Shown: positions 53,502 to 63,533 of the stretch, in pieces
Numbering within the stretch: position 1 is the stretch's first letter
Layout: each line of letters begins with the position of its first letter
DNA from: an uncultured Actinomycetes bacterium
GTDB lineage: Bacteria > Actinomycetota > Thermoleophilia > UBA2241
Assembly (NCBI GenBank): GCA_963755025.1
Contig: CAVWIH010000036.1
Coordinates: 1 to 64,000, forward strand
Direction of reading: 5' to 3'
DNA length: 64,000 nt
The notes under the pieces: model-generated
What the model saw: the letters and a program-made list of their open reading frames with translations, nothing else
The model's database searches: none
What the model was told of the DNA's origin: nothing
Position numbers and translations under genes: made by a program

Positions 53502-54795
53502 CTAGCTCAGTTCGAACTCTGCATCGCCGATCTTCACCGTGTCGCCGTCGATGCCGCCGGCCTTGCGCAGGGCCGCCGAGAGCCCCGCTCGCTCCATGAC
53601 CTCCTGCAGGTAGCGCATCGCCTCGTCGTTGCCCAGGTCGGCCTTGGCGACGAGCCGCTCGATGACGCGGCCGGTCACCCGCCAGCCCTCGTCTTCGCGC
53701 TTCACCGTGAAATCGCCGACGCGGTCGTCGCCCGGCCGCAACACGACGGGCGGCGCGACGGGCTCGGCGGCTTGCGCCTCGAGCAGCGCCGCCGCGACCT
53801 GCGCCGAGAACAGGCGGTCGAGCTCGCGCACGAAGTCCTTGAGGCCGGTGGACGCGGCCGCCGAGACCCGCACCACGGGACCGGCGAAGTCGCGCGTGAC
53901 GGGCGCGAGGGCGGCTTCGACGGCGGCGGCCTCGTCGTCGTCGAGCAGATCGACCTTGTTCAGGGCGAGCATGCTGGGGTGGGCGGCGAGCTGCTCGCTG
54001 AAGGCGTGCAGCTCGCCGTGCACCGTGGTCACCGCCGCGAGGGCGGCGTCGGCGCCCAGCGACGGCGTCGACCACGTAGACCAGCACGACGGTGCGCTCG
54101 ACGTGCGCCAGAAAGCGGTCGCCCAGGCCGGTGCCCGAGCTCGCCCCCTCGATCAGGCCGGGGATGTCGGCGATCACCACGACGCGCTCGCCGAGCTCGA
54201 GCGTGCCGAGGTTGGGTTCGAGGGTCGTGAACGGGTAGGCGGCGACCTTGGGGCGCGCCCTGGTGAGGGCCGCGAGCATCGACGACTTGCCGGCGTTGGG
54301 CAGGCCCACGAGGCCGATGTCGGCGAGCAGCTTGAGCTGCAGGTCGAGCCAGCGTTCTTCGCCCGGCATACCCTTTTCGGCGAAGCGCGGCACGCGGCGC
54401 GTGGAAGAGACGAAACAGGTGTTGCCGCGGCCGCCTTCGTCGCCGTGGGCGACGACCACGCGCTGGCCTTCGGCTACCAGGTCGGCGACCAGCACGCCCT
54501 CGCGGTCGCGGATCTCGGTGCCGACCGGCACCTCGACGATGGTGGGCTCGCCGGCCTTGCCGTGGCGCTTCTGGCCCGCGCCGTGACCGCCGCGCTGGCC
54601 CTTGAAGTGCACCTTGTGACGAAAGTACGAGAGGTCGCGGAACTGGCGCGTGGCGACGATGACGACGTCGCCGCCGGGCCCGCCGTTACCGCCGTCGGGC
54701 CCGCCTTTGGGCACGTGCTTTTCGCGGCGAAAGCTGACCGAGCCAGCTCCGCCGCTGCCGCCGTGCACGTTGATGAAGGCGTGATCGCTCAGCAT
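53502..54795 (-). CDS. obgE: Obg/CgtA GTPase; frameshift near 54050
   Basis: [50 protein letters not shown]-terminal GDTVKIG..EF. Confidence 0.95.
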
Positions 54796-54828
54796 GACGG
54801 TTCCGGCCGGAACGGCCGGACGCCCGCT

Positions 54829-55083
54829 CTACGCCTCGGGTACGATCGAGACGATGCGGCCCTGGCCGCTGCGCAGGAACTCGATGCGCCCCGTAGTGCG
54901 AGCGAAGATCGTATGGTCGACGCCGATGCCGGCGCCGGTCCCTGGACGGAACCGCGTGCCGCGCTGGCGCACGATGATCGAGCCGGCCGGGACGACCTGG
55001 CCTGCATAGGCCTTGACGCCGAGTCGCTTGGACTCGGAGTCGCGGCCGTTGCGGCTGGTGCCGGCGCCCTTCTTATGAGCCAC
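54829..55083 (-). CDS. rpmA: 50S ribosomal protein L27
   Basis: [23 protein letters not shown]. Confidence 0.97.
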   Translation of the reverse strand: MAHKKGAGTSRNGRDSESKRLGVKAYAGQVVPAGSIIVRQRGTRFRPGTGAGIGVDHTIFARTTGRIEFLRSGQGRIVSIVPEA

Positions 55084-55426
55084 TCTGCTTCTCCTTCTGG
55101 CCCGCGATGTCGATCGCGTCGATGTCGAGACGCGTGAGGCGGCTGCGGTGTCCGCGCGCCTTCTTGAACGTCGACTTGGGCTTGTAGGTGAACACGTCGA
55201 TCTTTTCGCCGAGCAGATGCTCGACCACGATGGCCTTGACCTTGGCGTGCGCCGCTTTACCGGCACGCATCTCGCCGCTTTCGTCGCGCACGGCGAGCGG
55301 CACGAGGTCGATGTGCTCGCCCTCGTCGGCCGCCACGCGGTCGACGACGATCGAGTCGCCCTTGGCCACCTTGTACTGTTTGCCGCCGCAGCGCACGATG
55401 GCGTACGGCGTCGTGGAATCAGTCAT
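55073..55426 (-). CDS. rplU: 50S ribosomal protein L21
   Basis: [24 protein letters not shown]. Confidence 0.95.
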   Translation of the reverse strand: MTDSTTPYAIVRCGGKQYKVAKGDSIVVDRVAADEGEHIDLVPLAVRDESGEMRAGKAAHAKVKAIVVEHLLGEKIDVFTYKPKSTFKKARGHRSRLTRLDIDAIDIAGQKEKQSGS

Positions 55427-55454
55427 GCCTTCTCCCGTAAGATAACGGCCCCCG

Positions 55455-55483
55455 ATGCTAGACGATAGGCTCAGGGCTGTCAA
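55455..55483 (-). promoter_or_regulatory. Sigma70 promoter of rplU-rpmA-obg
   Basis: TTGACA-17 nt-TAGCAT. Confidence 0.75.
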
Positions 55484-55492
55484 CGCGGCGCG

Positions 55493-58400
55493 CTACGACA
55501 GGATCACCCCCATGGCTCCTGCCCGCGTGAGCGACGTTATGCGGACCTTGCGTTTCTCGCCCAGCGCGCGGCGGCCGTTCAGCACGATCAGCTGAAAGCC
55601 GTCGACGTGGGCCACGGCGTCGCCCGGGCTGTACGTCAGGGCGTATTCGAGCTCGACCGTGACCTCCTGGTCTTCGTGCACCGGGATGCGGTGCGACTCG
55701 ACGGCCTCGCGCGATCCCTCGGCCACTATGCGGTAGGTGTCGATCGGCAGGAGCTTGGAGCCCTCGAGGTAGAAGCGCTTGTCGGTGCCCTTCTCGAGGC
55801 GCTTTATGCGGCCTCCGGCCACGAGGCGTTCGGCGACCGAGGTGTTGACCTCGATCAGCAGCGCCTTCGCCTGCGTGACGGCGGCGTGCTCGCCCAGCTT
55901 GCGCTCGATGGTGATCGCCATGGTCTCGGCCGACAGCACCCGCGCCTTGCCCTCGCAGGTCGGGCAGGTCTGGGTGAGGATGCCGCGCGCGCCGTCGGTG
56001 ATGTTCTGGCGCGTCATCTCGACCAGGCCGAGCGGCGAGATCTCGACGACGTAGGTCTTGGTGCGGTCGGTCTCGAGCTCCGCCTGGAGCTTGGCCAGCA
56101 CCGCCTCGCGGTTGCGGGCGAACTCCATGTCGATGAAGTCGATGATGATGATGCCGCCGATGTCGCGCAGGCGCAGCTGGCGCACGACCTCGCGGGCGGC
56201 CTCGAGGTTGTTGCGCGTGATCGTGTCTTCGAGGCCCTTGCCGCCGGTGAAGCGCCCGGTGTTGACGTCGATCACGGTGAGCGCCTCGGTGTGGTCGATG
56301 ACGAGGTTGCCGCCGCTCGGCAGCATCACGCGACGCTCGAGCGCCTTGGCGATCTGCTCCTCTATGCCCTTCGCCTTGAAGAGCGGCTCGTCGCCCTCGT
56401 AGAGCTCGATGCGGGTGGCGAGCTCGGGGGCGACCTTCTCGAGGTAGGCGACGAGCTCCTTGCGGCGCTTGGCGTCGTCGACCACGACCGCCGCGAACGA
56501 CTCGTTGTAGAGGTCGCGTGCGACCTGCAGCGAGACGTCGGCTTCGGCGTAGACCAGGCCGGGGGCCTTGACCTTGTCGGCCTTGGTCTTGAGGCGCGTC
56601 CAGAGGCGCGACAGGAAGCGCAGGTCGATCTTCATCTCCTCGACGCTCTTGCCCTCGGCGACCGTGCGCACGATCAGGCCCGCGTTCTTGGCCTTGAGCG
56701 ACTTGCAGAGCTCGCGCAGGCGGTCGCGCTCGTCGCTGGGCAGGCGTCGCGAGACGCCCACGCCGGAGCCGCCGGGCACGTAGACCAGGTAGCGCCCGGC
56801 CAGCGAGAGCTGTCCGGTGAGCCGCGCGCCCTTGCTGCCCATCGGGTCCTTGGAGACCTGCACGAGCAGCTCCTGGCCCGGCTTGATCATCTGCGTGATC
56901 TTGTGCGGGCGCTTCTCTGAGTCTTCGGGGTCGGCGATGTCGTCGACGTAGAGAAAGCCGTTGCGCTCGAGGCCGATGTCGACGAAGGCGGCATCCATGC
57001 CGGGCAGCACGTTGTCGACCTTGCCGCGGTAGATGTTGCCGGCGTACGAGCGTTTGCCGGGCCGTTCGATGTAGATCTCGGCCAGGCGGCCGTCTTCGAC
57101 CAGCGCCACGCGCATCTCGCCGGCGTCTTCGCTGACGAGGATCTCCTTGTAGGCGGGCAGGTCGGCCGTGACGCCCGAGTCCTTAGCGGGCTTGCGCAGG
57201 CGGCCGCCGCGCCGGCGGCCGACTCCTTCGGCCGGCTCGGCGGCCTTGTCGGCGGCCGCGTCGGTGGGCTCCTGGACGACCTTCGTTTCGACCTCGGCGG
57301 TGACCGCCGCGGCCGGTGCGGCGCCGTCTGCCACGGCGGCGGCGCCGTCGGCGCCGTCGGTGGTCGTCGCGGCGGCGTCGCCGCCACGGCGACGACCGCG
57401 CCGCCGCGAGCGGCGCGCGGGGGCGGGCTCGTCGGTGGCCTCGGTCGCCTCGGTCGCTGGGGCGGCCTCGCCGCCGCCGTCCACGGCCGGCGCCGCGTCT
57501 TCGGGCGCCGCGTGCCGCGGCGCGGGCGCCACCGTCGCTGCAGGCTCGGCCGGCGTGGCCTCGGGCGCCGTGAACGACGCCGGCGCGCCGGCGTCGGGCG
57601 TGCCCTCGCCGGTGGTCTCGTCGGCCGCGGCCTCGCCGGTCTTGCGGCGATGGCGGCGTCCGCCGCGGTGGCCGCGGTGGCGGCGTTTGGGACCCTCTTC
57701 CCCACTCTCGTCCTGCGCGCCCTCGGTGAGCTCGCCCTGCTCGCCCGAATCGTCGGCCGGACGGCCGTCCCGCTCGGTCTGCGCCAGATCGGGAGCGATC
57801 TCGATGGTGGCCTGGTCGCCCTGGCCGAGCGCCGAGGCGGCGGCCGACTGCGTCGGCTCCGCGGTCGCGCCGGCCGTGAGCGGTGCGGGCTCGCCCGCGG
57901 GCGGCGTCTGGGCCGCGGCAGGCTCAGCGGGTGCGACCGTGGGCGGCGGCTCGACTGCGGGCGGCGCCTCGACGGCAGTCGGCGCAGGCGTGGGCGGCGC
58001 CTCGACGGAGGCGCTCGTGTCGGCCGACTCTGCTTCGGCGGCCGCTGCGGCGGCGGCTCCGCCGCCGCGACCGCGGCGGCCGCGCCGGCGGCGACGCGTG
58101 GGGGTGACTTCTTCGTCGGCCGCGGCCGCTGCCATCGCCTCGTCGGAGACGACCGCTGCCGAGCGCTCGAGCAGCGCCTCGTCGGGCGCCGCGCTTTCGA
58201 CGATGACGTCGCGCTCGTCGTCGACGGCCGGCTCGGTCACCGATGCGGCTGCCGGCGGCTCAGCAAACGGTGCGGCGGTCACGGGGGGTTCGGCGACCGG
58301 CTCGGCGGCCGCCGGCGGCGCGGGCACGGGTGCGACGGGCGCCGGGGGCTCGGCGATCTCCCGGGCGACCGGCGGCGGCGTGACGATCGGGTCGGCGACT

Positions 58401-58849
58401 GCCGGCGGCGCAACGGGGGCGTCGGCGGCCGCAGTGGGGTCGGTCGCGGTCTCGGCGGTCGCCGGCGGTGCGATCGCGCGCCGGCCGCGGCGCGCGGGGC
58501 GGCGCGTGGCCCTGACGCGGCGCGCATGGAGCGCGGCCCAGGCTCCGGGTTCGGTGGCCCGCGCCGCTTGGGCGTCGGGCTCGGCCTGGTCGCCTGCCCC
58601 GGCCTGGTCGGCCGTGCGGCCCTGAGCAGGCGGCGTCTCGGCAGGCGCTGGCTGTTCCACCGCGGGGTGCGGTGCGGGCGGTGCAGGCGGCGTCTCGACC
58701 GGTGCGGCCGCTGCGGCCGCGTCTGTCGGCTCTGTCTGTGTGGCGGGCGTCGCCGGGGCGCCGCTCTGGGCGGCCGCCTCGTCGACGTCGTGGCCATGCT
58801 GCGCTGCCTCTTGCGAGGATGCGCGCGGCGCCTCTTCTTGGTCGGTCAC
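55493..58849 (-). CDS. rne: Ribonuclease E/G with a ~560-aa low-complexity N-terminal region and TRAM-like tail
   Basis: GNIYRGKV.NVLPGMDAAFVDIG, IDVNTG, RQLRLRDIGG.IIIDFIDM, C..C.G. Confidence 0.92.
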   Translation of the reverse strand: MTDQEEAPRASSQEAAQHGHDVDEAAAQSGAPATPATQTEPTDAAAAAAPVETPPAPPAPHPAVEQPAPAETPPAQGRTADQAGAGDQAEPDAQAARATEPGAWAALHARRVRATRRPARRGRRAIAPPATAETATDPTAAADAPVAPPAVADPIVTPPPVAREIAEPPAPVAPVPAPPAAAEPVAEPPVTAAPFAEPPAAASVTEPAVDDERDVIVESAAPDEALLERSAAVVSDEAMAAAAADEEVTPTRRRRRGRRGRGGGAAAAAAAEAESADTSASVEAPPTPAPTAVEAPPAVEPPPTVAPAEPAAAQTPPAGEPAPLTAGATAEPTQSAAASALGQGDQATIEIAPDLAQTERDGRPADDSGEQGELTEGAQDESGEEGPKRRHRGHRGGRRHRRKTGEAAADETTGEGTPDAGAPASFTAPEATPAEPAATVAPAPRHAAPEDAAPAVDGGGEAAPATEATEATDEPAPARRSRRRGRRRGGDAAATTTDGADGAAAVADGAAPAAAVTAEVETKVVQEPTDAAADKAAEPAEGVGRRRGGRLRKPAKDSGVTADLPAYKEILVSEDAGEMRVALVEDGRLAEIYIERPGKRSYAGNIYRGKVDNVLPGMDAAFVDIGLERNGFLYVDDIADPEDSEKRPHKITQMIKPGQELLVQVSKDPMGSKGARLTGQLSLAGRYLVYVPGGSGVGVSRRLPSDERDRLRELCKSLKAKNAGLIVRTVAEGKSVEEMKIDLRFLSRLWTRLKTKADKVKAPGLVYAEADVSLQVARDLYNESFAAVVVDDAKRRKELVAYLEKVAPELATRIELYEGDEPLFKAKGIEEQIAKALERRVMLPSGGNLVIDHTEALTVIDVNTGRFTGGKGLEDTITRNNLEAAREVVRQLRLRDIGGIIIIDFIDMEFARNREAVLAKLQAELETDRTKTYVVEISPLGLVEMTRQNITDGARGILTQTCPTCEGKARVLSAETMAITIERKLGEHAAVTQAKALLIEVNTSVAERLVAGGRIKRLEKGTDKRFYLEGSKLLPIDTYRIVAEGSREAVESHRIPVHEDQEVTVELEYALTYSPGDAVAHVDGFQLIVLNGRRALGEKRKVRITSLTRAGAMGVILS

Positions 58850-59580
58850 TACGAGTCATCTCCTTTTGCCCGCGGGCCTGAAGGTCCGCCGGGCGCTATC
58901 TGATCCGCCGCGACAGAGGGCCGCGGCGGTAAACCTTTCCATGTCACACGCAGGCGCGTGAGGTCGAGCACGACCGGCTCGATCCCCAACCGAGCGGCCA
59001 GCGCGCCGACGACTTCGTCGACGCGCGCCGAGCCACTGGCTTTGGAGCGCAGCGTGAAGGCGAGCCTCGTGCCGGCGTCGCAGGGCGACGCCGAGAGCTC
59101 GCATACGTACTCTTTCAACTCGATCGCCTTGCGACCTTTGGGCGACGCGCGAACGATCGTCACCTCGGGCTCGGCCTCGAAGGCGGCAAGCACTTCATCG
59201 ACGGCGGCGCAGGGCGCCTTGAGCAGGCAGTCGTAGGCGGCCGTCTCGGGCTGCGGTCGCGGCCGCTCGTCGCCGGTCACCACCAGACGTTCGATCGTGA
59301 GGCCGTCGGCCGACGCCTCGCGCAGCGCCCGCAGGCGGGCGCCCAACCGGTCGGGCGTCGTGACCTCGGCGACCTCGACCACGGCGAGCTCGTCGAGCGC
59401 GGCCGCGCCGGTGGGCAGCGGCAGCGGCAGTGAGAGCCGCGGCTTGGGGCGCATGCCCCGCGTCAGGGCGAGCTCGATGTCGGCGCGGGCGAAGGTGCGC
59501 TGCACGACCCGCATGGTATCGAGATGCGAGATGTAGCGCGCCGGGCCGCCGCGCGAGAAGCTCATGAGCCACCAGCTCAT
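58849..59580 (-). CDS. Radical SAM-linked protein (TIGR03936/DUF2344 type)
   Basis: FSRGG.ARYISHLD..R...R...RA, PKPRLS...LP.G; ATGA overlap with the radical SAM gene. Confidence 0.85.
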   Translation of the reverse strand: MSWWLMSFSRGGPARYISHLDTMRVVQRTFARADIELALTRGMRPKPRLSLPLPLPTGAAALDELAVVEVAEVTTPDRLGARLRALREASADGLTIERLVVTGDERPRPQPETAAYDCLLKAPCAAVDEVLAAFEAEPEVTIVRASPKGRKAIELKEYVCELSASPCDAGTRLAFTLRSKASGSARVDEVVGALAARLGIEPVVLDLTRLRVTWKGLPPRPSVAADQIAPGGPSGPRAKGDDS

Positions 59581-61367
59581 CGCACCAGCTCCATCTCGAC
59601 CTCGCCGCCGCAGACGCCGCACGAAGTGCAGCTGCCGTCGCGGCAGTCGTCGGTCGTCTCGGCGCGCAGCGCGCGAGCGGCCTCTTCGCGCAGGAAGGCA
59701 TCGTTCACGAGGGGATCGACGGTCAGCCACGGCAGCTCGTCGGTGTCGCCCCAGGAGCGGCCCCCGAGCTCGATGCCCACGTCGTCGGCGGCCCGCCGCC
59801 AGATGGCGGCGTCGAACGACTCGCTCCAGCCGTCGAACCGCGCGCCGCCGCGCCAGGCGGCTTCGATCAGCGCGCCGACCTCGGCGCCGCCCATTGCCAT
59901 GGTGGCCTCGACGAGCGAGGTGCCCACGTCGTGAAAGCGCACCCTGATCTGCCGCGGCAGGCTCGAGCGCAGCAGCTCCTGGCGATGGCGTATGACGGTC
60001 TCGCCGGCAAAGCCGGCGCGCTCGAAGGGGGTGTGCGCCTTGGGCACGAACGACGACACGGCGATCGAGACGCGCGCCCGACCGGGCGCCGCGGAGCGGG
60101 CGTCGGACAGCGCCGACGAAGCCATGCCGGCGATGGCCGCCACGTCGTCGTCGGTCTCGCCCGGCAGGCCCACCATGAAGTACAGCTTGAGGCCGCTGTA
60201 GCCGGCCCCGAAGACGCCTCGCACGGCAGCCGAGAAGGCCGGCTGGTCGACGCGCTTGTTGATGGCGTCGCGCAGGTGCTGGGTGCCGGCCTCGGGCGCC
60301 AGGGTGACCGAGCCGCGCTGCTCGCCGCCGAGGCGCGCCAGCACCACCGCCGCCGAATCGACGCGCAGGCTGGGCAGCGAGACGCGCACGTGGGGAAAAC
60401 GCTCGCGGATGCCGGCGACCGCCTCGCGCACCCCGCCGTAGTCGCACGACGAGAGGCTGATCAGCGAGACCTCGTCGCAGCCCGTCGACCGCAGGGCGCG
60501 CTCGGCGGCGTCGATGATCATGGCGGCCGGACGCTCGCGCACCGGGCGGTACCACAGCCCCGCCTGGCAGAAGCGACAGCCCGACGAGCAGCCGCGCATG
60601 ACCTCGATCACGGCGCGGTCGTGCACGCCCTCGATCAGCGGCACGAGCGGCGCGGTCACCGGCGGCGTGCTCGCGAAGCCCATGAAGACCTGACGGCTGA
60701 CGCGCGGCCGCGCGCCGGCCGCGGGCCCACCGGCGGCGTGCGGCAGCCAGACGCCGGGCACGAGGCCGAGCTGCTCCAGGCGCCGGGCGCGCGTGGGCGC
60801 CTCGAGCGCCGCCGCGATGGCGCCCAGACGGCCTTCGGCTTCGCCCACGAAGAAGGCGTCGAAGAACGGTGTGAGCGGCAGCGGGTTGGCCGAGCCCGGG
60901 CCGCCGCCCAGCACGATCGGGTCGTCCTCGCCGCGCTCGACCGCATGCAGCGGCACCGCAGCGAGGTCGAGCATCTCGAGGATGTTCGTGTAGGTCAGCT
61001 CGTGCTGCAGGGTGAAGCCCCAGAGGGCGGCGTCGCGTACGGGCTCGCCGCTCTCGAGGCTCCACAGCGGCACACCGCGGTCGCGCATCAGCGTGGCCAT
61101 GTCGGGCCAGGGGCAGTAGGCGCGTTCGGCGGCAGCCGGAGTGGCGTCGTTCAGGACGGCGTACAGGATCTGCAATCCGGAATTGGCGATCCCGATCTCG
61201 TAGACATCGGGGTACGACAGCACGATCCGCGGCGAGGCGCCGGGCTTGCGTCGGACGTGGAACTCGCCACCGACGTAGCGTCCGGGCCGCGCGACTCGCG
61301 CGAGGAGATCGATCAGGTCGTGTCGGAGCCGGTCCTCACCGTGTGAGTCCTTTGGTGATGTTCTCAA
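59577..61367 (-). CDS. B12-binding-type radical SAM protein (TIGR03960 family)
   Basis: PGRYVGGE, YPDVYEIG, ERAYCP, LQHELTYTN, RGCSSGCRFCQAG, PVRER, TLAPEAG, KLYFMVGLPGE. Confidence 0.9.
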   Translation of the reverse strand: MRTSPKDSHGEDRLRHDLIDLLARVARPGRYVGGEFHVRRKPGASPRIVLSYPDVYEIGIANSGLQILYAVLNDATPAAAERAYCPWPDMATLMRDRGVPLWSLESGEPVRDAALWGFTLQHELTYTNILEMLDLAAVPLHAVERGEDDPIVLGGGPGSANPLPLTPFFDAFFVGEAEGRLGAIAAALEAPTRARRLEQLGLVPGVWLPHAAGGPAAGARPRVSRQVFMGFASTPPVTAPLVPLIEGVHDRAVIEVMRGCSSGCRFCQAGLWYRPVRERPAAMIIDAAERALRSTGCDEVSLISLSSCDYGGVREAVAGIRERFPHVRVSLPSLRVDSAAVVLARLGGEQRGSVTLAPEAGTQHLRDAINKRVDQPAFSAAVRGVFGAGYSGLKLYFMVGLPGETDDDVAAIAGMASSALSDARSAAPGRARVSIAVSSFVPKAHTPFERAGFAGETVIRHRQELLRSSLPRQIRVRFHDVGTSLVEATMAMGGAEVGALIEAAWRGGARFDGWSESFDAAIWRRAADDVGIELGGRSWGDTDELPWLTVDPLVNDAFLREEAARALRAETTDDCRDGSCTSCGVCGGEVEMELVR

Positions 61368-62268
61368 ATCTTCCTAACTGGCTGGACAGCCGGGGGAACC
61401 GGCTGGCCGTAAGCGGTGCGCCGTTTTCGAAGTAGGCCACCGCAGATCTGCCTATCGCTTCGGTGCCGACGTAGCCGAAGCTCGCTTTCATGGCCCAGCC
61501 GAGGCCCGGCACGTACTCGACGGCGCGCCGGGCGAGAGCCCTCATGCCGAGGCCCGAGGCGATCACGCCCAGCATCTCGACGGTGCGCTGCAGGTCGGAC
61601 CGGTAGCCGTAGGCCGCGCCTATGCGCAGCACCATCTTGAGCTGGTTCATGGTCATCACGGGCATGTCGGCGCCCGGCAGGATGATGACCGCGCCCACCA
61701 GGGCGTTCTGCCGCGCGGTCGCCTGGATCGTGTGCTCGATCACCGCGGCGCGCAGGGCCGGCAGCGCCGCCGCGAGGGCAAAGCCGCCCTGGCCGGCGAC
61801 GGCGGCGATGCGCCGCGCGAGGGCCGACTTGGCGGCCGGTGTGCCGCGCGTGTGCAGCACGAACTCTTTGGAGGACAGGCCCGCCAGGGTCATCCAGGCG
61901 TGCCGGTCGATGGCGACCGCCTCGGTGTCGCGCACGGCCGCCACGATGGCCGGCAGGTGAGCGGCCCGGCAGTACGCCAGGGTGGGGCCGAGCTCGGGCC
62001 TGACGGGAGCCTGCGCGTCTTCCAGGAAGACGACCACGGACCAGCGCGACAGCGCTTCGGGCCGGGTCGGAAAGTCGGCGCGCTCGAGCACGTCGAGCGC
62101 GCGGCTGACGCCGCCGTCGAGGGCGTCGTCGGCGCCGGCCGACAGCATGCGGGCGGCGTCGCCCAGCAGGCCGGCGGGGCCGACCAGGCAGAGGCGCGCC
62201 GTCGCCGGGGTGTGCTTGCGCACGTCGGACACGGCCTTGAGGATGTTACGGACCTTATAGGTTGCCAT
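61336..62268 (-). CDS. DUF697/EcsC-like membrane-associated protein
   Basis: C-terminal TARQNA..G....PGADMPVMT.NQ.KM..I..AYG, R..AR......PG.GW. Confidence 0.6.
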   Translation of the reverse strand: MATYKVRNILKAVSDVRKHTPATARLCLVGPAGLLGDAARMLSAGADDALDGGVSRALDVLERADFPTRPEALSRWSVVVFLEDAQAPVRPELGPTLAYCRAAHLPAIVAAVRDTEAVAIDRHAWMTLAGLSSKEFVLHTRGTPAAKSALARRIAAVAGQGGFALAAALPALRAAVIEHTIQATARQNALVGAVIILPGADMPVMTMNQLKMVLRIGAAYGYRSDLQRTVEMLGVIASGLGMRALARRAVEYVPGLGWAMKASFGYVGTEAIGRSAVAYFENGAPLTASRFPRLSSQLGRFENITKGLTR

Positions 62269-62273
62269 GGGCT

Positions 62274-63404
62274 TTAGCCGCCACTTCCCGCCAGCCGGCC
62301 TCGCAGGTGGATTCCCTCGAGCAGGCCGACCAGCATCAAGTCGGTGATCAGGGCCGCGCCGCCGTAGCTGACGAACGGCAGCGGAATACCCGTTATCGGC
62401 ATGATACCAATTGTCATACCGATGTTCACAAACACCTCAAACAGAAAGATCGCCGCGATGCAGCCGGCGATCATGCTGCCGTAGAGGTCGCGCGAGATCG
62501 TGGCGATGCGCAGCGCCCGCCAGATGACGATCACGAACAGGCCCAGCAGCACGGCCGCGCCGATGAACCCGTAGCGCTCGCCGATGACCGCGAAGATGAA
62601 GTCGGTGTGGTGCTCGGGCAAGAAGTCGAGCACCGTCTGCGTGGCCTGGTCGCCGCGTCCGCGAAGCGCTCCCGAGCCCACGGCGATCAGCGACTGCGTC
62701 AGGTTGTAGCCCGACCCCTGGGTGTTGTGGCCGGGGTGCAGGAACACGAAGAGGCGCTGCATCTGGTAGGAGTGCACCACCCTGAGGCCGGCCATGGGCA
62801 GCACCTTGAACACCAGCACGGCAAAGACGGCGGCGGCCGCGAACAGGGCGGCGAAGTGCGTCCAGGGCGTGCCGTAGAAGAGCAGCAGGGTGAGCGCCAG
62901 GATGGTGAAGACCATGGCGGTGCCCAGGTCGGGCTGGGCGAAGACGAGCGCCGCCGGGAGGGCCACGTAGAGCAGCGCGAAGAGCGTCATGCGGCGCTGG
63001 CCGATGGCCGGCAGGCGGTCGGCCAGAAAGGCCGCCAGGGTGACCGTGACGATGACGAGGGCCAGCTCCGAGGGCTGGAAGTTCACGAACGACAGCGTGA
63101 TCCAGCGCCGCGACCCGCGGGTCACCGGGCCCAGGGCGAACACGGCTGCGATGGAGAGCACGACGAACCCGTAGAGCGGCCACTGCCAGCGCCGGTAGTG
63201 CTCGTAGTCGACCAGCGACAGCACGACGAGCGCGGCCACGCCGACCGCGGCGAAGACGATCTGGTTGCGGGCGTAGTAGAACGGGGTCGCCACCGTGTCG
63301 TGCCGCGTGGCGAAGTAGATCATGGTCACGCCGAAGAAGAGCAGCCCGCCGGCCGCCGCCAGCAGCAGGTAGTCGAGATGACGCAGGTAGGAGCGCAGGT
63401 CCAT
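62274..63404 (-). CDS. rodA: Rod shape-determining SEDS glycosyltransferase RodA
   Basis: GSRRW, FQPSE, QPDLGT, GYN..QS.IA.GSG, FLPE.HTDFIF, PITGIPLPFVSYGG; downstream of mrdA. Confidence 0.94.
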   Translation of the reverse strand: MDLRSYLRHLDYLLLAAAGGLLFFGVTMIYFATRHDTVATPFYYARNQIVFAAVGVAALVVLSLVDYEHYRRWQWPLYGFVVLSIAAVFALGPVTRGSRRWITLSFVNFQPSELALVIVTVTLAAFLADRLPAIGQRRMTLFALLYVALPAALVFAQPDLGTAMVFTILALTLLLFYGTPWTHFAALFAAAAVFAVLVFKVLPMAGLRVVHSYQMQRLFVFLHPGHNTQGSGYNLTQSLIAVGSGALRGRGDQATQTVLDFLPEHHTDFIFAVIGERYGFIGAAVLLGLFVIVIWRALRIATISRDLYGSMIAGCIAAIFLFEVFVNIGMTIGIMPITGIPLPFVSYGGAALITDLMLVGLLEGIHLRGRLAGSGG

Positions 63405-63415
63405 AGGCGTCAGGT

Positions 63416-63533
63416 CCGCCGATCGACTGCGTCGTCGTCGCTCAGGCTTGTGTGACTGCGTCGCACGCCTAGTGCCGCCGATCGACTGCGTCGTCGTCGC
63501 TCAGGCTTGTGTGACTGCGTCGCGCACGCCTAG
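63416..63533. repeat. Tandem pair (59-bp period) of the dispersed hairpin repeat filling the mrdA-rodA gap
   Basis: ccgccgatcgactgcgtcgtcgtcgctcaggcttgtgtgactgcgtcgc(gc)acgcctagt occurs twice. Confidence 0.9.

Noticed and set aside
63416-63533. CRISPR array
   Set aside because: Only two directly tandem units with no unique spacers and no cas genes; the same applies to 48325-48425.
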